64,000 nucleotides of DNA from Nitrosarchaeum sp. (GCA_965223865.1 OZ245020.1:1120001-1184000), one strand, 5' to 3'. Shown: positions 52,047 through 63,587, counted from the stretch's first letter. Notes: a model not told the origin generated them from the letters alone. Numbers and translations: made by a program.

Positions 52047-52478
52047 CTTTTTTCATCAATAATAATTACTTAAAAAATTTATTATCAAATTGCATTTAAT
52101 TGTTAAATTTTACAGTGAATTTGAATATTCCTCTTTCCAGATCAGAACAAGCCTTATGACTCCTTTTTTTGAATTTTTTACAATCTCTTTTCTTATTTTT
52201 ATTACCTTGCCACATTCTTACATTTGTCATTAAATTTTGTTTTTCTATGTTTAACTTATGTTGCTCTAAATTCAAGTAATTTTCTTGTTTCAAATTTTCA
52301 TTTGTTTTCTTTATTCTAACTAAATTAACTGAAATTGTAAACTCGAACATTTTTAGTAACTTATTAGATTACTTCAATTTTTACAAAATATACTCTTTTA
52401 GATTATCTTATTGTTTTACTATAATTTCAAAGAATTGACTATCTTAAAGAATTTAACCAGGTAGATTATAGAAAGATC

Positions 52479-53687
52479 GTGAAGGTACTTACACTTGATG
52501 ATTTCGAACTGAAAGGAAAGACTGTCTTCCTACGTGTAGATATGAACTGTCCTATCGACTCAAACACAATGGAGATCTCTGGAACAAAGAGAATAGAAGA
52601 GGCAATTGAAACCTTAAATGACCTTGCTCAAGCAAAAGTTGTTATTGCATCTCATCAGGGCAGAGTAGGTAACAATGATTATACAGGCATGGATAAACAT
52701 GCGAAAGTTTTAGAAAAATTACTAAACAAAAAGATAAAGTATGTTGAAGATGTAATTGGACAGGCGGCTCAAAATGAGATAAAGAATTTGAAGGATGGTG
52801 AAATTTTACTTTTAGATAATCTTAGGTTATGTGCAGAAGAAAATTATGAATTCTCTCCAGAAGATGCAGCAAATACAATTATGGTAAAACGTCTTGCAAA
52901 TCTCTTTGATCTATGTGTTTTGGATTCTTTTCCCAGTGCTCACAGATCTCATCCTTCAATTGTTGGATTTCCACATGTTTTACCTGCTTGTGCGGGAAGA
53001 ATTGTAGAAAGAGAAGTAAAAAATCTTGATGAAATAATTACAGTTGCAAAAGCCCCTCATGTGATAGTTCTTGGTGGCTCAAAGGTTCCTGACAGACTAG
53101 AGGCAATCAAGATGCTTATTCAAACTGGAAGAGCAGATCATGTTCTCTTGACTGGATTAATAGGAAATGTGTTTATGCGTGCGCAAGCTAGAGTAAAATA
53201 CCCACTTGGGATAAAGCGAGAAGAAGAAGCTGTTGCCAAGGCCCACGCCTTAATTGGTGAGTATCCTGATGTGTTTTCCACTCCTGTAGATGTTGCAATT
53301 GATAAAGATGGAGAAAGAGTCAATCTGGATGTAAGAGATCTTCAAACAGGGGATAAAATATATGATTTAGGACCCAAGACTGTAGAACATTATTCTAAGA
53401 TTATTTCTAGTGCAGGGACTGTATTTATCAGTGGACCTGCTGGATTTTTTGAAAAAGAAAATTTCAGTTTTGGCACGCGAAGATTACTTGATGCTGTAGC
53501 CAATTCTATGGCAACTACTCTAGTAAGTGGAGGACATCTGACAACTGCACTAAAAGAACAAGGATTGGAAGAAAAAATCAATCACATTAGTACTGCTGGT
53601 GGTGCATTAGTTTTGTACTTAACAGGAGAAAAATTACCAATGATAAAAGCACTTGAAACCGCAGCTATAAAACACAGATCTAACTAA
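52479..53687 (+). CDS. pgk: Phosphoglycerate kinase (archaeal type)
   Basis: LRVDMN, SHQGR, NLR, AHRSHPS, VLGGSK, DLGP, HISTAGGA. Confidence 0.95.
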   Translation: MKVLTLDDFELKGKTVFLRVDMNCPIDSNTMEISGTKRIEEAIETLNDLAQAKVVIASHQGRVGNNDYTGMDKHAKVLEKLLNKKIKYVEDVIGQAAQNEIKNLKDGEILLLDNLRLCAEENYEFSPEDAANTIMVKRLANLFDLCVLDSFPSAHRSHPSIVGFPHVLPACAGRIVEREVKNLDEIITVAKAPHVIVLGGSKVPDRLEAIKMLIQTGRADHVLLTGLIGNVFMRAQARVKYPLGIKREEEAVAKAHALIGEYPDVFSTPVDVAIDKDGERVNLDVRDLQTGDKIYDLGPKTVEHYSKIISSAGTVFISGPAGFFEKENFSFGTRRLLDAVANSMATTLVSGGHLTTALKEQGLEEKINHISTAGGALVLYLTGEKLPMIKALETAAIKHRSN

Positions 53688-53812
53688 CAATTACAAGAAC
53701 AATGGAATCTGACTTGAAAATCACGGTCAAACTAGTGACAAAATTCTATGAAATAGCATGTAATCTGAATCCTAGAAAGAATTTAACAGAAAGCCTGTTA
53801 AGTGAGATGGCA

Positions 53813-53824
53813 TAACTATAGTTA
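53813..53824. promoter_or_regulatory. Perfect palindrome TAACTATAGTTA before the CARDB-like gene
   Basis: 12-bp palindrome 6 nt upstream of ATG 53831; a second inverted repeat TTAACAG-N5-CTGTTAA lies at 53783-53801. Confidence 0.35.
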
Positions 53825-53830
53825 ACTTAC

Positions 53831-55111
53831 ATGAATCATTATTGTATTATATCTGCTCTCTTTCTAGTACTAGTTTTATCTAGTTTGACTACTTTTTCAT
53901 ATGCTCAAAGATTAGGTAATGCTGATGTATTGCTCAGCGACATTTACCTTAATCCTGCAAATCCCAAAGAAGGGGATCTTGTAAGCATACAATCGATAGT
54001 GTATAATGCAGGACTAGAATCAACAAAATCTGTTACAGATGTTGTAACGGTTGGTTATTTTGTAAATGGTGATCTTGTAAAAATTGCTGAACTGCCAAAT
54101 GTTGAGCCAGGAGTGGAAAATGGTATACTGTTATCCTCAGGTCCTATCTGGACTGTATCTGAAGGGTCTCATACTATAACGGTAATTCTAAACTATCATG
54201 ATACTCTTTCGCACTTGATTGACAATCCATCAAACAATATCGTACAAAAAATATTTTCGATTGGGGAACCAAGACCATCTCTTGTAAACTTTGATGTATT
54301 CCAAGAATATCTGCCACAAACAAAGATGCAACAGATTACAATAGAAGGTAGTTTGACGTCTTTATCAGACAAGCCATTTTTACCAGATCAAATCATACTG
54401 CAAATAGGAGATAGCTTGTATGATGTTATACCATTAGATCAAGAAGGTCTTTTCTCATTTAGCAAGAATATTCCTTCATTTGACGAAGTTATTCCAATAA
54501 CTATTACCGTTGAAGAAAACTATCCGTTATTGGGCTCCACCTATACTGCAAATATTTATCCAATTCAAATGAGTAATAATGATTCTGTTTTAGCGATTCA
54601 GATTCAAGATCCTGAGGAATTTTATAATTTTAAAGATTCTTCAGCAGTCCTAGCAATATATGATGAATCATACAATTTGATAAAAAAAATTAGTACTGAC
54701 AATCTTTCCTTTGAAAAAACATATGATACAGTTTTTACAACTTTGGCTAGTGGTGGTTATATCGTTGAAGTATACATTGAGGGCAGATTTGTTGACGCAA
54801 TACAAACAAATCTAAAAGAAAATTCAGTAAAAACAATCAGCATCTTAATTCCTGAAACTTCCAAAGTAAAATTTCAAATTCTTGATAATAACGGGGAGCC
54901 AATAAATAATGCAGTGGTGCAGAACTGGATATTTACAATCAACACAGATGAGACAGGATTCACTGAGTGGATTAACATTTTTCCTACTCTTGGAGAACGA
55001 GAGCCTTATACTGCAAAAATCATACTTCCTAATGGTAAGATTTCTTGGTCTGATTCCTTTTTCATAAAATACGGTGACCAAAAAATAATTCAAGTGGTGA
55101 CTGAACCATGA
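53831..55111 (+). CDS. Secreted CARDB/Ig-like surface protein, paralogue A
   Basis: Signal peptide; PANPKEGDLV..VYNAG..YFVNG..G.H.I.V..NN CARDB pattern. Confidence 0.75.
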   Translation: MNHYCIISALFLVLVLSSLTTFSYAQRLGNADVLLSDIYLNPANPKEGDLVSIQSIVYNAGLESTKSVTDVVTVGYFVNGDLVKIAELPNVEPGVENGILLSSGPIWTVSEGSHTITVILNYHDTLSHLIDNPSNNIVQKIFSIGEPRPSLVNFDVFQEYLPQTKMQQITIEGSLTSLSDKPFLPDQIILQIGDSLYDVIPLDQEGLFSFSKNIPSFDEVIPITITVEENYPLLGSTYTANIYPIQMSNNDSVLAIQIQDPEEFYNFKDSSAVLAIYDESYNLIKKISTDNLSFEKTYDTVFTTLASGGYIVEVYIEGRFVDAIQTNLKENSVKTISILIPETSKVKFQILDNNGEPINNAVVQNWIFTINTDETGFTEWINIFPTLGEREPYTAKIILPNGKISWSDSFFIKYGDQKIIQVVTEP

Positions 55112-56064
55112 GATCTTTACTTTTATTATTTTTTATAGTTGTTATTTTTGGAGTACTTACAGCTATCCCAAATGGTATAAACAACATTGCTTTTGGTGCT
55201 GTTACTGGAGGTTCTAATTTTTGCAGTGCTTTTCCCACGCATCCAGAATGTACTGGTTGGAGAATTGATCCAATTCATGATAATTTTTGGTTTTGTGAAT
55301 ATGTTGATCTTCCAACATTATGTAACAATCCACCAGATCCTCAAAAAAAGATAATTCCCAGAACTGACAATTATTGTTGTGGTGTGATAGGTTCACATTC
55401 ACTAAAGTATGTATCCCTTGATGGTGCAAACTTTACAGATGTATCTAAGAGAGAAAGCTCACTTGATACTTCAAAAGAATTGGTAATTTGGACAGACAAG
55501 GATTACTATTCCTTTGGGGATAGAGTCAATGTTTATGGAAAATTTAATTTTGCTGACTCTATATTGAAGAACAATAATCAATTTGTTGACATTAGTATTA
55601 ATGATAGAAAAGTCATTCTTGATTTACCTGTACATCCCAACGGGTGGTTTGCAGGATACTTTGTATTGTCTAATCCTTACTTGTATTATACTGGAACCAA
55701 TTTGATATCAGTTACATATTTTCATACTCCTACTTTGAATGAACCAGACAAGTTCGCACAAGCAACTTACAAGATTGCTACTGGAAATATTACAACAAAA
55801 CCATTTTCCATTGATGTAAAATCATTATCCGGAAAGATATCTTATGAAATCATCACAGAATCTAACGAATTTGTAAATCTAGATCTGGCAATTACTAGAC
55901 TTGTAACACCAAATGGATTGGTTTTGTCGCTACCAAGTTTATCCTCTGTAAAAGATATATCGGATTATCTGGATGATGATGTCTCTCTAGTCCCAGGCAA
56001 ATATGAGATAATTGTAACTAAGGGGAATCATACAACTTCGCAAGAATTTGAATATGTAAAATAA
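55108..56064 (+). CDS. Secreted Cys-rich / Ig-like surface protein
   Basis: Signal peptide, Cys-rich N-terminus, TDKDYYSFGD.V.V.G motif. Confidence 0.7.
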   Translation: MRSLLLLFFIVVIFGVLTAIPNGINNIAFGAVTGGSNFCSAFPTHPECTGWRIDPIHDNFWFCEYVDLPTLCNNPPDPQKKIIPRTDNYCCGVIGSHSLKYVSLDGANFTDVSKRESSLDTSKELVIWTDKDYYSFGDRVNVYGKFNFADSILKNNNQFVDISINDRKVILDLPVHPNGWFAGYFVLSNPYLYYTGTNLISVTYFHTPTLNEPDKFAQATYKIATGNITTKPFSIDVKSLSGKISYEIITESNEFVNLDLAITRLVTPNGLVLSLPSLSSVKDISDYLDDDVSLVPGKYEIIVTKGNHTTSQEFEYVK

Positions 56065-56194
56065 TCTATAAACGCCTAAAATAAATAAGTTCAATACTAG
56101 ATAATATTCTTCTCTAAAATGATATACTAAACCTGTATTTGTCTTTTCTATTTTTGCTGATAGAAAAGTTCTCCCAAAAAACGAAAGATTTGTT

Positions 56195-57769
56195 ATGTAT
56201 TGTTTGTATATTTTAAATCATATGCAAAATTTTATTGTGGGTGTGTTGATTGCTTGTATCTTGTTATTTCCTATATATTCATACGCAGCACCTAGAGAAG
56301 CTGATTTGGTATTAGAAAATATCCAAATTGAACCTTCTTACCCAAAAAAAGGTGAGTTAGTAACAATAACTGGTGAGGTATACAATGCTGGACTGAAAAA
56401 TACTGATTCTTTTGCCAGTATCATAACAGTTGCATACTTTGTTGATGGGGAATTATTACACATTAATGCAATTGATAATGTTGAACCTGGGCTATCTAAT
56501 AAAATAAAAATCTCTTCTCCTCCTATTTGGAAATCTGAAATAGGATCTCATAATGTGAAAGTTATCATTGATTATCATAATTCAATACAGGATCAATATG
56601 ATTACTCTAATGATAATTCTTTAGAACGAACTTTTTTTATTGAACCCTCTAAAAATGCCCAAATTTTACTTTATGCCACTCCTCAATATTTTATACAAGG
56701 ACAAGAAATGCCAGATATTACTATCTCTCTTTTAGATTCTAACTCCAAGGAGCCTTTAAACAATAAAGAAATTATTTTGACCCTTGATAATATTAATTCT
56801 ACTTTAACCACAAATCATGAAGGAAAAATCTATTTTTCTAATGCAATTCCAATATATGATTCTATAAAAATAACTGTTTTTTTTGAGGGCGACTCTCAAT
56901 ATTCCTCTTCTAGTTCTTCCTTAACACTTAATCCCTTTCCCAAAGATGTTACATCATCATCTTTTATAATACAAATACTTGACTCACATAATCAATATAA
57001 TTTTGAAGATTATTCGTTTGATATTGTTATTTTTCAAAATTCTTATGGCAACTTGATTACAAAAATCAAACCTGATTCTACAACACTACTTGATTCTAAA
57101 ACTTTTCATGTGTCTCTTCCTCCTACAAATACTTATTTTGCAGAAATTTATCTCGAAGATAGACTCCTTTTTGTAACTAGTAATGATCTATTAGAGGAAG
57201 ATACTATTTTGTTTAAAGAATTGAAAATTCCAGAAACTGCATCAATAAGATTCAAAGTTACTGATGGCGAAAATTCTCCCATTGCAGGGGTATTAGTAAA
57301 AAACTGGATATATCATACTAATTCAAATGAAGATGGGTTTACAGAGTGGATAGATATACTCCCTACCACATATAACGAACCTTATGTGGCAGAAGTGGTT
57401 TTACCTGATCAGAGTGTGATTAAATCAGATCCCTTTTTTGTTTTTTCTGAGGAACAAAAAACTATCGAAATAATCACGAATGATTCTGCCTCGGTACACA
57501 ATATCCCTTCTTGGATTAAGAATAATGCTGGATGGTGGGCCACAGGACAAATTGATGATGTTTCTTTTATTCAGGGAATACAATTCTTGATCAAAGAGGG
57601 AATAATGATGATTCCTCCAACAACACAAGGCGAAGGTGCTGGTTCTAATGAGATTCCTACATGGATTAAGAACAACGCAGGCTGGTGGGCAAATGGCGAC
57701 ATTGATGATAACTCCTTTATTCAAGGAATACAATTTTTGATCAATGAAGGAATAATGGAAATACATTAA
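56195..57769 (+). CDS. Secreted CARDB/Ig-like surface protein, paralogue B, with thaumarchaeal C-terminal WIKNNAGWW repeats
   Basis: Collinear similarity to 53831-55111 (VYNAGL, IPET, NWI, GFTEWI, EPY); two IPxWIKNNAGWW...FIQGIQFLI repeats. Confidence 0.8.
   Translation: MYCLYILNHMQNFIVGVLIACILLFPIYSYAAPREADLVLENIQIEPSYPKKGELVTITGEVYNAGLKNTDSFASIITVAYFVDGELLHINAIDNVEPGLSNKIKISSPPIWKSEIGSHNVKVIIDYHNSIQDQYDYSNDNSLERTFFIEPSKNAQILLYATPQYFIQGQEMPDITISLLDSNSKEPLNNKEIILTLDNINSTLTTNHEGKIYFSNAIPIYDSIKITVFFEGDSQYSSSSSSLTLNPFPKDVTSSSFIIQILDSHNQYNFEDYSFDIVIFQNSYGNLITKIKPDSTTLLDSKTFHVSLPPTNTYFAEIYLEDRLLFVTSNDLLEEDTILFKELKIPETASIRFKVTDGENSPIAGVLVKNWIYHTNSNEDGFTEWIDILPTTYNEPYVAEVVLPDQSVIKSDPFFVFSEEQKTIEIITNDSASVHNIPSWIKNNAGWWATGQIDDVSFIQGIQFLIKEGIMMIPPTTQGEGAGSNEIPTWIKNNAGWWANGDIDDNSFIQGIQFLINEGIMEIH
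57503..57757 (+). repeat. Duplicated IPxWIKNNAGWWAxGxIDDxSFIQGIQFLIxEGIM module
   Basis: Two diverged copies visible in protein and DNA. Confidence 0.85.
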
Positions 57770-57876
57770 ACTAAATTAACGACTCTCGTTTTCATTCAAA
57801 TCACTTTCTTTAGATCTTAGACGAGGATTTTATAATCAACTAAATTCATTCAATAAATGCTTTAATTAGTAAATAT

Positions 57877-60800
57877 TTGAGCAAACATGTGGCATTGCTT
57901 AGATATCTTTTTTTGCTCTAGCTATCTTTGTATTAGTATCTGTAACTCTATTGGGTTCATTTTATGGATTTCAAACAGTTTATGATCTTCGATCCCAAGC
58001 CATCTCTTACATCACTCCATCTTTTTGTAATGATATGAAAAACGTACTACAACAAAAAGGGACGGATTACGATCACATGATCAACGCAATAGGAGATGAA
58101 CAACGATGGAACGCTTTCAATTTTGATCAAAAGGATGAAGATATTATTGAAAAATGTTTACAAGAAAATTTGTCAACAGTTAGTTCGTATGAAATCCCGA
58201 AAAAAACTGGATTCTTTGAGGGAGTTGGTGATCATAATGTGAAAGGAAAAGCAAAAGTAATACTCCTTGGACAAGATGAATATCTAAGATTAGAGAAATT
58301 TGAAATAAGTTATAATCCTATAACTGAATATGGTTACAAGATACCTGAACTATATGTTTATTTGAATAAAGGTGATAACTTAAATTCAGAATACAAGGAT
58401 CTTGGAAATTTAAAAACAAATCTTGGTGGTAAGAATTACAAACTTGAACCTGAATTGGAAGATCGTGATTTAGATGAATATGATACTGTAATCATTTATG
58501 ATATTATACATAAAGAAGTTTTTGCAAAAATAGAATTAAATGATCCTAATCTGTTTACAGATCCATTTTATGATATTATTGATGAAATTAAGATCGTTGA
58601 TTCTCCTAAAATTGAATCCCGTATAATTCATGAACGGTATGGTTTTTTTGAAGGAGTAGGTGGCTCTGAAGCAAAAGGATCAGCTGATGCATATTTTACT
58701 GAAGATGAAGGAATTTTACAAATTGAAAAATTTGAGATTTCTGTAGGGCGTGAACCTGAATTATATCTCACAAAAAATGAACAAATATCTAAAAATGGAC
58801 ACTGGACAATTGGTCCAGATAACAATCTCTATGTTGTCAGCGGTAATACAAATGAAATACTACGATATGACGCTTTTGGAAAATTGATTAATAATGAAAA
58901 ATTTGTTACTGATAAATCAAATGGATTGATTCATCCTTCACACTTGGAAATTAAAAATGATAAGATATTGGTTAGTAGTAGTTTTAATGATTCAATCAAC
59001 TATTATGATGAAAGAAGTGGTAAAAGTTTTGATAAAAATACCATATCTCTTCGTGACACAGTTTTGTATAATGATAATTCTGTTATGGGTCCCAATGAAG
59101 AAATTATGTATCTAATAATATTGCCAGCGAAATAGTTAAACTTGATGGTACTGATTCTAAACTAGTTATTAAAACTGGAGATTCTCTTTTACGCTCTCCC
59201 TCTTATTTGACTTTTAAAAATAACAATCTCTATGTGGGTAGTGATGACAAAATTTTAATGTATGATGGAATAAATGGTAATTTTATTGATACTTTTGTTG
59301 CAGAAAACAATGGTTCATTACGTAATCCGCAGGGATTATTCTTCACAAATGATCATCTCTTTGTGAGTAGCTACAATGATAGAATTTTACAATATGATCT
59401 TCAAGGTAATTTTGTTAAAGAATTTACTGCCAGTAAAGATACCCAAATAATTAAACCCGTTGGTATGGCAATAGACAAAGAAGGAAATTTGTTCACCACG
59501 TCTCAGCTTGGACATGTTTTAAAATTCTCAAAGACAGGATTACTTGAAAAAATTATTCCTATCCCTGATTCAAATAATGATGCATCAAAACGACCGCCAG
59601 ATCCTCATGGTCTTTTTTTGGATGATGATGACAATGTTTTGTACATAAGTGTCTTTAACAAAAATCAAGTATTACGGTATGATCTAGCTTCTGATACAAT
59701 TTCTGAAATATGTTGTGACGGTGATCTATTGGATGGACCAGAAGGTTTATCTTTTGATAAAATAAATAAAATTCTTTATATTAGCAACAACAAAAATGAT
59801 CAAATTATTGCATATAATGTGTTGACAAAATCATTTTACCCAATAATAAAAAACAGTGGGGACGGTGAACTGTCTTTGCCCCGAGGGCTCTTTTTTAATG
59901 ATGATGGAATTCTCTACATTGCAAACAGCAATAATAACGAAATACTAATGTACGATCCAATAAAAAATCTCTGAAAGTTTTTCCAGACATTCCTAAAAAA
60001 GGTCCTTCTATTATATCAGGTGGAATTGCATTTGACCAAAATGAAGTTCTTTACGTAATCAATGAAGTAAACAATGACATATATCGTTACAGTCTGGATA
60101 ATGGAAAATTCGTTGATGTATTTACTGGATTTACCCATTCATTAAATGAATATCTCCATGAAATAACATACAATGATAAAACATCCGATAAATTTGTTGG
60201 TAAAAATTACAATCCCTCTAAGATGCCATTAAGAAATATCATTTTTACTAATGACGATGAATATTTGTTTGCAAGTGATCCTTATCATGATAGAATATTT
60301 GTTTATGATGCAAGTGGCTCCATTGTTGACATTTTTACTGATCCTGAAAACTTAGATTATCCTACGGACATTGCTTTGACTACTGATGAAAAACATCTCT
60401 TGGTAACTAATTATGGCTCAAATGTCATTTCGCTTTTAGCAATCTCTGATGGTACTTTGACACTTGATAATGTAGTGTTTTTAGATCCTGGCAAAAACAA
60501 TTTGATTGAAATAAAACAAATAGGATTTGATCTTTTTGGTAATTTGTATGTAGGGGGGAAAATATAATCAAATTTTGAAGTATGCTCTAGATACACGTGG
60601 CTATGACAACCCTGATGTTGTATATCTTGGAGACTTTACTGTTGATGATGTCCGCTTGAATAAATTGAGTGACAATTTACTTAAGCATTATACATTAAAC
60701 GGTATTGATACACAACGTAATGATCACTTGGTTGTTTATGACCCTTTTTTGGAACAGCCTGTCGCACAAGTAGTATTTAGTGATACACAAGATCTTCTCA

Positions 60801-62386
60801 CCCCTCTAAACAATTTGCTATATGGCGCCGTCTCTGTTTTTAATGTTATAGATGAGCCAGAAATAAAGTCTAAAAAAATAATCAAACATACTGGATTCTT
60901 TGTAGGAAACAAAAAACTTCAATCTGATGAAATAATAACTCCTGCTGGATTTGTAATTGGGGATAATGTAGATGCATATGGTCAGGTATTCATCAAAAAT
61001 GTAGATCAACAATTATCAATATTGATTGAAGCCTTTTCAATAGACTATGAAAAAAATGATTATGTTTCAATTCCATCATATCATAAATCCAAGGAACTAA
61101 AACCTTCATTATGTGTGTCTAATTCTTTTTCAGAATGCATTTCTCCTACAAATGACAAATTGAAGATTAATGCAGGTGATAATCTATTCATATTACACGA
61201 TACCGACTTTGGCAATCTTACTTCTGATGATCTTAGTATATTCATACATGACGAAAAAAATGTTTTAGCTTACATTCCAATAAAAGAGTATGGAGTAGCT
61301 CGTATATCTCTTGAATCTTTTGTTGATTGGTTTCAATATTCTTACCCGTTTTTCCTTTCATTGTTTTGATTTTGATATTTCCAATCGTGATCGACTATCT
61401 TCGCTTAATATTTAAGTTGATTTTTTCCCCAACGTTATGGATATCTGAAAAAATTAAATCTAAACCTAAATCAGTAATTAACAAATATGAAAAAATTACC
61501 ATATTAATACCTGCACATAATGAAGAATTTGGTATCAAAGAATCAATCGAATCTGCTCTTAATACTGATTATCCTAACAAGGAAATAATAGTAATAGATG
61601 ACGGCTCAACAGATGGCACTCATCTTATTGCTCACAAATATGCAGAGAAAGGACTGATTAAACTCCTTCATTGTGATACGGCTAGCGGTTCAAAAGCTAC
61701 TGCATTGAACTATGGAGTAAATTATGCCACTAGTAACTATGTCATATGCATGGATGGTGACACTCAATTAGATAAGAATGCTTTAAAAAATACTGTAGGG
61801 TACTTTGATGATGATGAGGTAGTTGCACTTTCTGGAAATGTAAAGATAATTGCAGGAGATGACGGAAAAACAAACACTCTGACCAATTTGCAGAAATATG
61901 AATATATGGTTGCAATTGAACTGGGTAGACGTTTTACATCTTTCTTTCAAATATTGTTAGTGATTTCAGGTGCATTTGGAGTGGGCATATGGTCAATTTC
62001 AAACTTTATTAAAAAATAGGAATATTCTTACATCTAAATTTCCCTTCCGAGATAAAATATCTTTTTTAGATATGTTTGCGCTAGATATGTTTCTAGCATT
62101 ATTGTTTCCAGTTGGACTTCTAGTGATTGGAATTGTATCTGTTAATCTGTATATCCAAAACAATTTGCATGTGTTAGTTTATCCCTTATTTTTTACTATG
62201 ATCACATTTCTGATATTAGAAACTGTGTTATTCTTGTATGCTGTTCTCTCTTCTGCTAATAACAGGTCTAGTCTCAAACTTATCTATCTTGTACCTGTAA
62301 TGACTTTCTTTTATAGGCCATATTTGAAGATGATCAATCTTAGGGGGTTCCTTAGAGCATTTTTTAAGAAGCAAGCACCCTGGTGA
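57877..62386 (+). pseudogene. Giant DM13 / NHL beta-propeller / TM / GT2 glycosyltransferase fusion (about 1500 aa), fragmented
   Basis: Six consecutive ORF-track fragments; single-base homopolymer corrections near 57910, 59105, 59965, 60555 and 61352 restore one frame from TTG 57877; GT2 motifs IPAHNEE, DDGSTD, DGD, ISGAFG; internal deletion at about 61980. Confidence 0.75.
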
Positions 62387-62404
62387 TGAAAAAATCCTCA
62401 CGTA

Positions 62405-63381
62405 TTATTCTATAACTCTGTATAGTGTGTCTCTTTTCCACTGCATTGTACCTTCAACAGAAATATTTCCACATTCATGACAAATCAATTCAAAAAATGG
62501 CCTTGGAAATTTATCTCCACAGCTTTTACAAACATAATAATCTGTATTTTCAAGATAATCTTTTCCTACAGAGCCTATGTGCTTATTGCATTTGGGACAT
62601 ATGTCTGAACCTACTACTTTTGGATATACTTCTCCGCACTTGTAATGTTCTATGAGAATCTCTTGTGTAAAGTTGATTTGTTTACATTTGGGAATTTCGA
62701 ACTATATAATATCGTAGGCGATTTGCATTGATTGCATGCTACCTCCAGAATTTCTTTGTCCAAAATTATTCTCTGATTCTCTTTTGCATTTCTTAACAAT
62801 GTTTCAATTTCTGATTGTTCTACATTTAGAAATCTCTTAATTTTATTCTCACTTATAATATTGCCCGATGATAACAACAATTCGAATTTTTCTTCGCATG
62901 TAATGTTTTTCCAACTGTCTTTTTGTTCAAATATGTTTGAAAGAGATTTTTTTAGATCTGTCATTTCTAGGGGTTTTTGCGTTATTGACCCTATTCCCAT
63001 ATCGAAGAATTTTGTTATCCGTGGATCTGTTTTTTCCTTTGCAGTTATGACTATTATTTTCACACCAGGATATATTTCTAATAATTCTCTTATGGTATTT
63101 TCAAGATCTTGATTTGGTAAACTGTCATCTATTATGATGGGAACACTAATTTCTTTACTTACAAAATCTGAGAAAATATTTATGCCCTCATCTGGTTCTT
63201 TACAGATGTAAATATTTTCAAAACCTAAACTGACAAGAAATTTACGTATAGTGATTGCTATTGGATTGCAATACTCTATTACAACAATATCTCTATTGGA
63301 AATAGGCAAATCTGAAAAATATTCAATTTGCATCAAGTCTATGTTTTCAAGTTTATTTTTTTCAGTAATTGCTCTGGACAT
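62405..63381 (-). pseudogene. Receiver domain + multi-CxxC (TackOD1-like) output domain regulator, one frameshift near 62692
   Basis: REC-like IIIDD, VITA, QKP; after the shift PKCKQINF..IEHYKCG..CPKC..CKSC..CHECG to TAA at 62405-62407. Confidence 0.72.
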
Positions 63382-63587
63382 TTCTTTACATCCTTGGTGA
63401 ATCCATCTGATAAATCATGTGCTTGGTTTGAATTACTTTTGGTGTATTTTTTTGGACTAATGTCATTTGGAATTCTCTCTTTTGGAACATGAAGTTATTA
63501 TTCAAACAAAACAAGTTTCAACCATGTTTCTTCAAATTTGAACTTTAGTTTCTTCTAGTGTTTTTGATTTTGTTCTATATTTTTCTT

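Noticed and set aside
52096-52350. 84-aa ORF between the secreted protein and pgk
   Set aside because: Low-complexity AT-rich sequence without motifs; may be a gene remnant, not supportable as a CDS
1941-62655. Numerous short antisense or overlapping ORFs in the track (e.g. 1941-2336, 3838-4179, 6477-6938, 36158-36463, 45211-45558, 62425-62655)
   Set aside because: They shadow well-supported genes on the other strand or frame and have no motifs
46069-63422. Recurrent ATCATGY motif in island intergenic regions (46069, 46136, 47607, 51537, 63414)
   Set aside because: Short AT-rich word; cannot show enrichment over background without a count
63382-63587. Possible truncated ORF between fbp copy 2 and the REC gene
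   Set aside because: Only a short open stretch with no clear start or homology signal
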